Shown here: piece by piece, positions 42,754 through 51,194 of the stretch
Layout of the letters: every line of letters starts with the position of its first letter
Numbering within the stretch: the stretch's first letter is position 1
Assembly (NCBI GenBank): GCA_963816395.1
Contig: CAWFKQ010000007.1
Location: 415,929-479,928 of the forward strand
Direction of reading: 5' to 3'
DNA from: an uncultured delta proteobacterium
GTDB taxonomy: Bacteria > Desulfobacterota > Desulfuromonadia > Desulfuromonadales > JACZKF01
Length of the DNA: 64,000 nucleotides
Program-made: the position numbers and the translations under genes
Notes under the pieces: generated by a model
The model's database searches: none
Told to the model about the DNA's origin: nothing
What the model saw: only the letters and a program-made list of their open reading frames with translations

Positions 42754-44070
42754 TTATAAAAGATTGGCCGCCAGTTCGGCCAGGGGGGAGCGTTCCCCTC
42801 TGGTCAGGGTGACATGGCCGGCGATCTCCTGCCCCTTGAACTTTTCCACCACGTAGGCCAGGCCGTTGCTGGAGGCGTCGACATAGGGGTTGTCGATCTG
42901 GTAGGGGTCGCCGGTGAGGACGATTTTCGTCCCCTCCCCGGCCCGGGTGATGATCGTCTTGATTTCATGCGGCGTGAGGTTCTGCGCCTCGTCGACGATC
43001 ATGTACTGTTTGGGGATCGAGCGGCCGCGGATGTAGGTGAGCGGCTCGATCTCCAGAATCCCCATATCCACCAGCTCCTTGTAGCCGCGCTTGCGCTTGC
43101 CGCGCTCATCGACCGCCCCGAGCAGCAGCTCGACATTGTCGAAGATAGGCTGCATCCAGGGAGCCAGCTTCTCCTCGACATCGCCCGGGAGGAAACCGAG
43201 ATCACGCCCAAGGGGAAAAACCGGCCGCGATACCAGCAGGCGGCTGAACACCCCCTCGTCGGCCGATTTGAACAGGCCGGCGGCGATCGCCAGCAGGGTC
43301 TTGCCGGTGCCGGCCTTGCCGACCAGGGTGACCAGCTGGATGTCGTCGTTGAGCAGCAGATCGAAAGCGAACTGCTGCTCGCGGTTGCGGGGGTGAATCC
43401 CCCAGATCCCGTCCTTGGGCGAGCGGATCAGCGGGAGCAGGCGGCGCAGTCCCGCCTGATAGCGGCCGATGGCGGTATGGGAGGGATTGGCCGACTCGGC
43501 CAGGGTGACGAACTGGTTGGGATAATATTCCCCCTCCAGGGGGAGATATCCCTGACCGTAGAAGCGGTCGACCTCATCCTTTTCCACCAGAACTTCCAAG
43601 GTGCCGGAATAAAGCTCCTCGATCGAGACTTTGTCCGACTCGTAATCCTCGGCGATCAGGCCGACGGCGTCGGCTTTGATGCGCAGGTTGGTATCCTTGG
43701 TGACAACGATGACCGGGCAGGCGCAGCCTTCCTTGAGTCCGAGGGCGACGGCCAGGATCCGGTTGTCACCCTGATCGACCTGCAGTTCCGGCGGCAGGCG
43801 CTTGAGAACCTTTTCGGAGTAAAGCTCGACCTTGAGGGTCCCCCCTTTTTCCAGCGGCACCCCCTCGATCAGGTGCGCCTGTTCGCGCAGGCCGTCGAGG
43901 ATGCGGGAGAAATAGCGGGCGTTGCGGCCGGTTTCACTGAGGTCCTTCTTGAACCGGTCGATCTCTTCGATGACGGTGATGGGAATGACCAGATCGTTAT
44001 CCTCGAAGCGGAAAATAGCCTGAGGATCGTGGAGCAGGACGTTGGTATCGAGAACATAGGTTTTCTTCAT
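42754..44070 (-). CDS. PIN-PhoH fusion protein (YlaK/PhoH2 type)
   Basis: PIN motifs LDTNVLL, IEEID, DNRIL, KDTNLR; PhoH motifs GKAGTGKT, LGFLPG, YIRGRS, DEAQN. Confidence 0.92.
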   Translation of the reverse strand: MKKTYVLDTNVLLHDPQAIFRFEDNDLVIPITVIEEIDRFKKDLSETGRNARYFSRILDGLREQAHLIEGVPLEKGGTLKVELYSEKVLKRLPPELQVDQGDNRILAVALGLKEGCACPVIVVTKDTNLRIKADAVGLIAEDYESDKVSIEELYSGTLEVLVEKDEVDRFYGQGYLPLEGEYYPNQFVTLAESANPSHTAIGRYQAGLRRLLPLIRSPKDGIWGIHPRNREQQFAFDLLLNDDIQLVTLVGKAGTGKTLLAIAAGLFKSADEGVFSRLLVSRPVFPLGRDLGFLPGDVEEKLAPWMQPIFDNVELLLGAVDERGKRKRGYKELVDMGILEIEPLTYIRGRSIPKQYMIVDEAQNLTPHEIKTIITRAGEGTKIVLTGDPYQIDNPYVDASSNGLAYVVEKFKGQEIAGHVTLTRGERSPLAELAANLL

Positions 44071-44151
44071 GTCGGTTCCGGATAGAAGTGGAGAATTTCA
44101 TGATTGAAGGCGGCGGCGGAATGTTCCCGACGGGCCTCCTTCAGGGCTGCA

Positions 44152-45307
44152 TCAGCCGGGCAGACGGCAGGCCAGGGCCGAAACCGCCGTCAGCAGGCTG
44201 TCTATCTCCTCGGCGGTAGTGAAATAGCCGGGGCTGACCCGCACCGTGCCGCGGGGATAGGTGCCGATGGTGCGGTGGGCATCGGGCGCGCAGTGCAGGC
44301 CGGTCCGGCAGATGATGCCGTAATCACGGTCGAGGAGAAAACCGACCTCGGCCGGGTCCCTCAGGGCAAGATTGAAGGAGACGGCCCCTCCGTGCAGATG
44401 CGGCTCGAGCGCCCCGTAAACCTCGACTCCGGAAATCGCCCGGAGACCGGCGAGAAGCCGGGCCATCAGCTCCGTTTCCCGCGCCCGAACGGTGGCCGGA
44501 CCAGCGGCCTGCAGGAATTCGATCCCTGCCTGCAGCCCCGCCAGACCAGGGGTATTCAGGGTGCCGGCTTCCAGTCGCTCCGGCATATCTTCGGGAGGCA
44601 GGTCGGAATGGGAAATGCTGCCCGTGCCGCCGTAGATCAGGGGGGTCAGCCGCAGCCCCTCGCGCACATAAAGAAACCCGGTTCCCGGCGGCCCCAGCAG
44701 CCCTTTGTGGCCGGGGGCGGCAAGCAGGTCGATACCGAGCGCTTCCACCCGGAGAGGGAAGAGACCGGCGCTTTGGGCCGCATCGAGCAGGAAGAGAATG
44801 CCTTCCCGGCGACACCATGGACCGATTTCTTCGATCGGCTGCAGAGTGCCGGTGACATTGGAGCAGTGGCAGAGGACCACCATGCGGGTCGGCGCCTCGC
44901 GGCAGGCCCGCTGCACCGCCTCGGGATCGATGAAACCGCGGCTGTCGGCCGGCCACTTTCACCACCTGCACGCCGCGCTCCTGCAGGGTGCGCAAGGGAC
45001 GGGTGACGGAATTGTGCTCCATGCTCGAAGTCACCACCCGGTCCCCCGGCCGCAGCAATCCGAACAGGGCCTGGTTGATCGCCTCGGTGGCATTGGCGGT
45101 GAAGGCGATCCGCGCCGCATCCGCAATCCCGAACATGCCGGCCACCGCCTCCCTTGCCTGAAAAACCAACCGCCCCGCCGCCAGAGCCTCCCGATGGCCG
45201 CCCCGCCCGGGGTTGGCCCCGAGACCGCGCAACGTCCGGTCGACGGCAGCGTAGACCGTCTCCGGTTTGGGAAAAGAGGTGGCGGCGTTATCGAGGTAAA
45301 TAGTCAT
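44152..45307 (-). CDS. Class V aminotransferase / cysteine desulfurase family; apparent frameshift near 44950
   Basis: IYLDNAATS and EHNSV in one frame; SNVTG, DAAQS, PGHKGL, EAGT and RTGLHCAP in another. Confidence 0.9.
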
Positions 45308-45360
45308 GGATGGCAGTTGCGGGAGCAGGCTGACGAAAAAACGCCCCTATCGGCGTTCAT

Positions 45361-45505
45361 CTGGAAACTTTGGCTAAACCGGCCGCGAGGCCGGCCGGAA
45401 GCGTCCGGCAAGTGACCAAAACTATCACCCCTCTGTGGTTTTTGGCAACCGAAATCTGGCCAGCCGGCCCTGCCGGAAGGGAAGCGGCAGCGTCCCGCCG
45501 GCAGG
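45361..45505 (+). ncRNA. Candidate structured cis-RNA resembling a c-di-GMP-I/cGAMP (GEMM-I) riboswitch
   Basis: CTAAACC-GGCC-GCGA-GGCC-GG-CCGGAAGC at 45374-45402 and CAGCCGG..CTGCCGGAA at 45461-45478 resemble the two conserved blocks of Geobacter-type GEMM-I. P1 pairing is poor. Confidence 0.35.
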
Positions 45506-45606
45506 TCGTCGGCAGCAAAGGTAGGGGGAGAGAATCGCAGCCGGGCGTTGTCGATACTCATGGTGGCGAAAGAGGACAGGAGGTAGCAGGTAGGCCCTGT
45601 TGGCCC

Positions 45607-45661
45607 TTGACAGTCCCCAGATATTGTGGTTTAAATCTGCATCACCCCCAGCATATAGCAC
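45607..45661 (+). promoter_or_regulatory. nrdJ sigma70 promoter overlapped by two NrdR boxes
   Basis: TTGACA at 45607; boxes tccCcAgATaTtGtgg (45614-45629) and cccCagcATaTaGcac (45646-45661), 32 bp apart, resemble the consensus acaCwAtATaTwGtgt. Confidence 0.75.
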
Positions 45662-45719
45662 TCTCATGTGATTTCATTGGCGCCACTTCGGCGCCCCTCT
45701 CGAAAGGATTCAATTTTCA

Positions 45720-47957
45720 ATGAAGATGACCCATTCCGCCAAGGAAGGTACCGCCGCGCTTACCGCCAATGCCATCACCGTCCTCGAACGCCGCTATCTC
45801 AAGCGCGACGGCCGGGGTAAGGCTCTGGAAACTCCCGCCGAGATGTTCCGCCGGGTAGCGGCGGCGATCGCCGCCGCCGAGAACACCTTCGGCCGTCAGG
45901 AGGCGGTGCCGGAGTTGACGGAGGAGTTCTATCGCCTGCTGACCAATCTCGAATTCCTTCCCAATTCCCCCACCCTGATGAATGCCGGGCGCGAACTGGG
46001 ACAACTTTCGGCCTGCTTCGTGCTGCCGGTGGGCGATTCCATGGAGAGCATCTTCGAGGCGATCAAGAACACCGCCCTGATCCATAAAAGCGGCGGCGGC
46101 ACCGGTTTTTCCTTCTCCCGGGTGCGCCCGGCCAACGACGAGGTGCGCTCGACCAGCGGCGTCTCCTCCGGCCCGCTTTCCTTCATGAAGGTTTTCGACG
46201 CCGCCACCGAGACGATCAAGCAGGGCGGCACCCGGCGCGGCGCCAACATGGGGATCCTGCGGGTGGACCATCCCGACATCATGGACTTCATCATGGCCAA
46301 GCGGGACCAGAAGGTCCTCACCAACTTCAATCTCTCGGTCGGCCTCACCGAAGCGTTCATGGCGGCGGTGGAGAGCGACGGCGAGTACGACATCATCAAT
46401 CCCCGCACCGGCAAGGCGGTGAAAAAGATGCCGGCGCGCAAGGTGTTCGAGCACATCGTGGAGATGGCCTGGACCAACGGCGAGCCCGGGATCGTCTTCC
46501 TCGACCGCCTCAACCGCGACAACCCGACGCCGCAGGCCGGCGAGATCGAGGCCACCAACCCCTGCGGCGAACAACCCCTGCTCGCCTACGAATCGTGCAA
46601 TCTCGGCTCGATCAACCTGGGCAAGATGACCGCAGACGGCCGGGTCGACTGGGACCGGCTGCGGCGCACCGTGCACCTGGCGGCCCGCTTCCTCGACAAC
46701 GTCATCGAGATCAACAACTATCCCCTGCCGGAGATCGACCGGATGACCCGGGCCAACCGCAAGATCGGCCTCGGGGTAATGGGCTGGGCCGACCTGCTGA
46801 TTCTCCTCGGCATCCCCTACAACGACCCGCAGGCGGTCGAGCTGGGGGAAAAGCTGATGCAGTTCATCACCGAGGAGGCCCGCGTCGTCTCCCGGGAACT
46901 GGCAGCCGAACGCGGTCCTTTCCCGAATTACCCGGGGAGCGTTTTCGACCGGAAAGATGCCCGGCCGGTGCGCAACGCCACCAGCACCACCATCGCCCCC
47001 ACCGGCACCATTTCCATCATCGCCGGCGCCTCCAGCGGCATCGAGCCGCTCTTCGCCGTTTCCTTCGTCCGCCAGGTGCTGGACAACGACATTTTGCTGG
47101 AGGTGCACCCGCTTTTCGAAAAGATCGCCAAAGAGCGCGGCTTCTACTCCCCGGAACTGATGAAGAAGATCGCCGAGCACGGCACGGTGCAGGACCTGCC
47201 GGAGATCCCGGAAGAGGTGCGGCGGGTCTTCGTCACCGCCCACGACATCACCCCGGAGGACCACATCCGGATGCAGGCGGCCTTCCAGAAACACACCGAT
47301 AATGCCGTCAGCAAGACGGTCAACTTCCCGCACGGCGCCACGCGCGACGACGTGGCCACCGTCTACCGCCTGGCCCATGACATGGGGTGCAAAGGGGTGA
47401 CCATTTACCGTGACGGCTCCCGCGACCTGCAGGTGCTGTCGGTGCAGAAGGAAAAGCAGGTGCCGCCGGAAGACACGGTGCCGGTGGAATCGCACAAAGC
47501 CGGGCGCAAGCGCGAGCGGCCGCGCGCCCTCAAGGGCGCCACCTACCAGATGGAGACCGGCTGCGGCCCCCTCTACGTCACCATCAACGAGGATAATCAG
47601 GGCCTGTTCGAACTCTTCACCACCATGGGCAAGGCCGGCGGCTGCGCCGCCTCCCAGTGCGAGGCGATCGGCCGCCTGGTGTCGCTGGCCTGGCGCAGCG
47701 GCGTGCAGGCGCGGCAGGCGGTCAAGCAGATGATCGGCATCACCTGCCACAAGCCGGCCGGCTTCGGCGACAACCGCATCACCTCCTGCGCCGACGCCGT
47801 GGCCAAGGCGATCCAGATGCACATGGCCGCCCGCTTCGGCGAGGACGCCGCCGTCCACTCCCAGAACGGCGGCGCCTGCCCCGAATGCGGCGGGCCGGTG
47901 GAGCACGAAGGGGGATGCTGCGTCTGTCATGCCTGCGGGTACAGCGAGTGCGCGTAG
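45720..47957 (+). CDS. nrdJ: Vitamin B12-dependent (class II) ribonucleotide reductase
   Basis: PNSPTLMNAG, QLSACFV, TNPCGEQ, TIAPTGT, KGVTIYRDGSR, TSCAD (TSCPD domain), C-terminal CPECG...CHACGYSEC. Confidence 0.95.
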   Translation: MKMTHSAKEGTAALTANAITVLERRYLKRDGRGKALETPAEMFRRVAAAIAAAENTFGRQEAVPELTEEFYRLLTNLEFLPNSPTLMNAGRELGQLSACFVLPVGDSMESIFEAIKNTALIHKSGGGTGFSFSRVRPANDEVRSTSGVSSGPLSFMKVFDAATETIKQGGTRRGANMGILRVDHPDIMDFIMAKRDQKVLTNFNLSVGLTEAFMAAVESDGEYDIINPRTGKAVKKMPARKVFEHIVEMAWTNGEPGIVFLDRLNRDNPTPQAGEIEATNPCGEQPLLAYESCNLGSINLGKMTADGRVDWDRLRRTVHLAARFLDNVIEINNYPLPEIDRMTRANRKIGLGVMGWADLLILLGIPYNDPQAVELGEKLMQFITEEARVVSRELAAERGPFPNYPGSVFDRKDARPVRNATSTTIAPTGTISIIAGASSGIEPLFAVSFVRQVLDNDILLEVHPLFEKIAKERGFYSPELMKKIAEHGTVQDLPEIPEEVRRVFVTAHDITPEDHIRMQAAFQKHTDNAVSKTVNFPHGATRDDVATVYRLAHDMGCKGVTIYRDGSRDLQVLSVQKEKQVPPEDTVPVESHKAGRKRERPRALKGATYQMETGCGPLYVTINEDNQGLFELFTTMGKAGGCAASQCEAIGRLVSLAWRSGVQARQAVKQMIGITCHKPAGFGDNRITSCADAVAKAIQMHMAARFGEDAAVHSQNGGACPECGGPVEHEGGCCVCHACGYSECA

Positions 47958-48006
47958 GATGGTGGTGAATTGATCGTTTGAATGCATCGAGGGGGACTTG
48001 ATGGAT

Positions 48007-48046
48007 AAAGGGGACAAGTTGGGATGACCGGCTTGTCCCTTTCTTT
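48007..48046 (+). terminator. Intrinsic terminator after nrdJ
   Basis: AAAGGGGACAAGTTGG...CCGGCTTGTCCCTTT followed by a T-rich tract. Confidence 0.7.
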
Positions 48047-48102
48047 GTTTTGAGAGCTATTTAAGTTAACTTGACGATATACCCAGGAGGGGGATATATT
48101 GT

Positions 48103-48382
48103 ATGAGCTGGATGGTGCTTTTCACTGGCAAATCGCGAAAGCAAACGGATAAACTTTCGCGCCGGGTACGGGAGCTTCTCTTCCAGCTGGTCCGAGAGAT
48201 CGAAGAGGGAGGACCAGTGCGCGGCGACTGGCCCAATTACTCCAAATTAGCCAAGGATCTCCACCACTGCCACTTAAAAAAGGGGACGTCCAACCTATGT
48301 GGAGGTTTGGCGCGAAGAAAAAAACGACATCAAACTGGTCGAGGTGATCTATGCCGGCACTCACGAAAAAGCCCCCTACTGA
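48103..48382 (+). CDS. RelE/HigB-like toxin with one extra base in the A7-G4 run near 48280
   Basis: Removing one base gives a ~92 aa protein ...HHCHLKKGRPTYVEVW...VEVIYAGTHEKAPY*. AGGAGG RBS; directly upstream of an Xre-HTH gene. Confidence 0.7.
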
Positions 48383-48707
48383 CGAGATGGTTACCGTGCG
48401 GGTGCGGGTTCACCGCCACAACGCATCGAAGATTACAGAATACGCTCGGGCCATCGAAGCGGCCGAAGAGACCACCGACACCGTCGCCGAGGTCTTTCCC
48501 GAATATCTCGGCAAGGAGTCGCAGGTGGCGTTGCGCGCCTACCGCACTCGCGAGGACCTGACCCAGAAGGAACTGGCGGCGCGGACGGGAATCCCGCAGC
48601 ATCACATCAGCGAAATGGAGAACGGCAAGCGCCCCATCGGCAAGGAGCGGGCACGAAAGCTGGCCGAGGCGTTGGGAGTGGGGGATTGGCGGATGTTGGT
48701 GAACTGA
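48351..48707 (+). CDS. Xre/HigA-type HTH antitoxin
   Basis: LRAYRTREDLTQKELAARTGIPQHHISEMENGKRPIG HTH_3 motif; GAGGTG RBS; overlaps the toxin 3' end by 32 nt. Confidence 0.85.
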   Translation: MPALTKKPPTDEMVTVRVRVHRHNASKITEYARAIEAAEETTDTVAEVFPEYLGKESQVALRAYRTREDLTQKELAARTGIPQHHISEMENGKRPIGKERARKLAEALGVGDWRMLVN

Positions 48708-49016
48708 CATCCCGTCCATATCCTTTTCCCGGAAAGAACAAGGGGGACGGCATGGAAAAGCTTTTGGAATCGGACGGGAAAACTTTTCGCAAGAATGTCC
48801 CGGAATGGCGTGAGCCCCTGGCCCCTGCGGCCAAGGTCCCGGAGACCGAGGGTTTTCGCCCGGGCGGCGGAACCTTCAGGGGCGGAGGAGCGACGGGTAG
48901 CTATTGATTGTTGAATTACCCTCTCGAGCTCGAACCGGTTATCGCCCCCGATCCCGAGGTTATCCCTCTTCCCTTTGATCTGGCCATCCCGGCACCCTTC
49001 TGCAATAATCCCCGCC

Positions 49017-49943
49017 ATGCAAATCATCCGCGAAGAAATCATGCGGCATCTGCCAAGCCATGGCGAAACGCGCCGTCTCTTCCACGGCCGAGGCCGATGC
49101 TTTAGCGGTTATGATGACCTGGTGATCGACTATTTCCCGCCGGTCGTCCTGGTGGTCCTTTATCGTCCACGGCCGGCGCCCTGGCTCGAGGAACTGACGC
49201 AGCTGCTGGCGGCGGCCCTGCCGGACAAACCCCGTGCGGTTCTCCTGCAAGAGCGGTTTTTGCCCAATGCCCCGAGCCGGCTGCTGCACGGGGTTTTGCC
49301 GGAAAGTCTGGATGCTCTGGAGGCGGGATTATGGTTCCGGCTGCGGCTCGGCGAGGCGCAGAATATCGGCTTTTTCCCAGACATGGCGGTCGGGCGCAAG
49401 CTGGTCCGCGAGCGAGCGGCGGGCAAGCGCGTGCTGAATCTTTTTGCCTATAGCTGCAGCTTTTCCGTCGCCGCCCTTGCCGGCGGTGCGACCCAGGTGG
49501 TCAATCTCGACATGAATCGCGGGGCACTGGAGCTCGGCAAACTCAATCATCGGCTCAACGATATCAACCTGCGCCGAGCCAGTTTTCTGCCGCTGGAATT
49601 CTTCCGCAGCATCGGTAAATTGCGGAGGCTGGGCCCTTTCGACCTGGTGATCTGTGATCCACCCGCAGCACAGGGCAAAAATTTCACCGCCGAGCGACAC
49701 TGGCCCAAGCTGGTACGCAGCCTGCCGGATTTGGTCGATTCTGGCGGTGAGATCCTGGCCAGCCTCAATGACCCGAATCTGGGTCCGGATTATCTCGACC
49801 GATTGCTTGCGGAGACTTTTCCTTTAGCGGAAAACCTCGGTCTCTACCGACCGGGGGAAGACTTTCCCGACGCCCATCCCGACGGCAGCGTATCCATTCA
49901 TCATTACCGTTTGCCCCTGGCTCGTGACCCGGCGACTACTTAG
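49017..49943 (+). CDS. Class I SAM-dependent methyltransferase (RlmI/RlmK-like)
   Basis: RRLFHGRG, QNIGFFPDM, VLNLFAYSCSFS, VICDPP motifs. Confidence 0.88.
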   Translation: MQIIREEIMRHLPSHGETRRLFHGRGRCFSGYDDLVIDYFPPVVLVVLYRPRPAPWLEELTQLLAAALPDKPRAVLLQERFLPNAPSRLLHGVLPESLDALEAGLWFRLRLGEAQNIGFFPDMAVGRKLVRERAAGKRVLNLFAYSCSFSVAALAGGATQVVNLDMNRGALELGKLNHRLNDINLRRASFLPLEFFRSIGKLRRLGPFDLVICDPPAAQGKNFTAERHWPKLVRSLPDLVDSGGEILASLNDPNLGPDYLDRLLAETFPLAENLGLYRPGEDFPDAHPDGSVSIHHYRLPLARDPATT

Positions 49944-50046
49944 ACTTGAAGGAAAATTCTGGGTAGCTCAAAGGGATATTCCTGAATTTTAAGTTCAATC
50001 AAAAGCGGCCACCGCTGGGGTCCGGGTTGGAATCTTCCCTCATGTA

Positions 50047-50075
50047 TTGACTTTTCGTACGCGATACCGTACGTT
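50047..50075 (+). promoter_or_regulatory. Promoter/operator of the yefM-yoeB module
   Basis: TTGACT-N17-TACGTT containing two CGTACG palindromes (50056-50061 and 50068-50073) 12 bp apart. Confidence 0.75.
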
Positions 50076-50102
50076 TAAAAAAATCTATCAAGAAGGCCAA
50101 CC

Positions 50103-50345
50103 ATGAAAACCCTCCCCGTCAGCAAAGCCCGCGAAAGCCTCTATCGCCTGGTCGACGAGACTGCCGAGTCGCACGAACCGGTGGTCCTTACCGGCAAGCG
50201 CCATAATGCCGTCCTCATCTCCGAAGACGACTGGCGGGCGGTCCAGGAAACTCTATACCTCGTCTCCATCCCCGATCTGCGCGAATCGATCCGCGAGGGG
50301 CTGGCCACCCCCCTTGAGGAGTGTGAAGAGGAGCTTGACTGGTGA
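50103..50345 (+). CDS. yefM: Phd/YefM-family antitoxin
   Basis: ARESLYRLVDE...HEPVVLTGKRHNAVLISEDDW..QETLYL. Confidence 0.9.
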   Translation: MKTLPVSKARESLYRLVDETAESHEPVVLTGKRHNAVLISEDDWRAVQETLYLVSIPDLRESIREGLATPLEECEEELDW

Positions 50346-50605
50346 GCTGGCGCCTGGTTTTTACCAAGCAGGCGCAGAAAGATGCCGGCAAGCTGAAAGC
50401 CGCCGGCTTGAAGCCGAAGGCGGAAGCCCTCTTTGAAATTCTCCGCGAGGACCCCTTTCAGAATCCACCTCCCTTTGAAAAGCTGGTCGGCGATCTCGCC
50501 GGTTCTTTCTCCCGCCGCATCAATATCCAGCACCGGCTGATCTACCAGATTTATCCCGGCGAGAGAACGGTAAAGATCATCCGTCTCTGGACGCATTACG
50601 AATAA
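50342..50605 (+). CDS. yoeB: Txe/YoeB-family mRNA interferase toxin
   Basis: GTGA overlap; EKLVGDLAGSFSRRINIQHRLIY and C-terminal WTHYE. Confidence 0.92.
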   Translation: MSWRLVFTKQAQKDAGKLKAAGLKPKAEALFEILREDPFQNPPPFEKLVGDLAGSFSRRINIQHRLIYQIYPGERTVKIIRLWTHYE

Positions 50606-50818
50606 AAGTGCTCTGCTGAGGTCGTAATCTATGCCGCGCATCACCGCTTCAACACCAAGACGATCAAGGATGGCCGTTACGCCGTGATGCCCGGCAACCC
50701 TATGAGCGCAGTCACCAAGCCGGAACTTGACGAGGCGATCGCCGACTTTCTCGATGGTTGAGATCGCCCGGGAAGAGGACCTCTGACGTGACCTCCAACA
50801 AACAAACTGCCATCCTGC

Positions 50819-51070
50819 GCGGAACGGATCGGGCGGCACATGGAATGGACGGGGAGCATCGGCGAGAACATCTCCTACGGCCCCGACGACGGCAGGGAGG
50901 TCGTCCTCCAGTTGATCATCGACGACGGCGTGCCCGATCGCGGGCACCGAGCCAATATATTCTCCCCCGGCTTCCGGCTGGCCGGAGTGGTCTGCGGACC
51001 ACATCCAAAATTCAGGACCATCTGCGTCATCGACTTCGCCGGTGGTGCGGCCAAGTCAGTCCGCAGATGA
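50819..51070 (+). pseudogene. C-terminal remnant of a CAP (SCP) domain protein
   Basis: GENISYG...LIIDDGVPDRGHRANIF...GVVCGPH...CVIDFA matches the CAP C-terminal half; no N-terminal half is visible upstream. Confidence 0.7.
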
Positions 51071-51194
51071 TGATGCAACAGGAGAAATTTGCCCTGCCCG
51101 GAATGTGCAGTCGACGGCATCGGCCCGCTAAACTGAAATTGGGGTTTGCAAAAAAGGGATGAATCTCAGATCTTTATGATCGGAGGGAAACAGA

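Noticed and set aside
42754..44150. PIN-PhoH as a third toxin-antitoxin system
   Set aside because: No small upstream antitoxin ORF. The gene sits in a housekeeping run with tsaD and rsmA.
45328..45450. GGCTGACGAAAAA as an IS/MITE terminal repeat
   Set aside because: No adequate matching inverted end or target duplication was found.
45310..45720. Cobalamin riboswitch expected upstream of B12-dependent nrdJ
   Set aside because: No convincing B12-box or GGGAA...GCCCCCGCAACTGT core was found by eye. NrdR boxes account for the proximal region.
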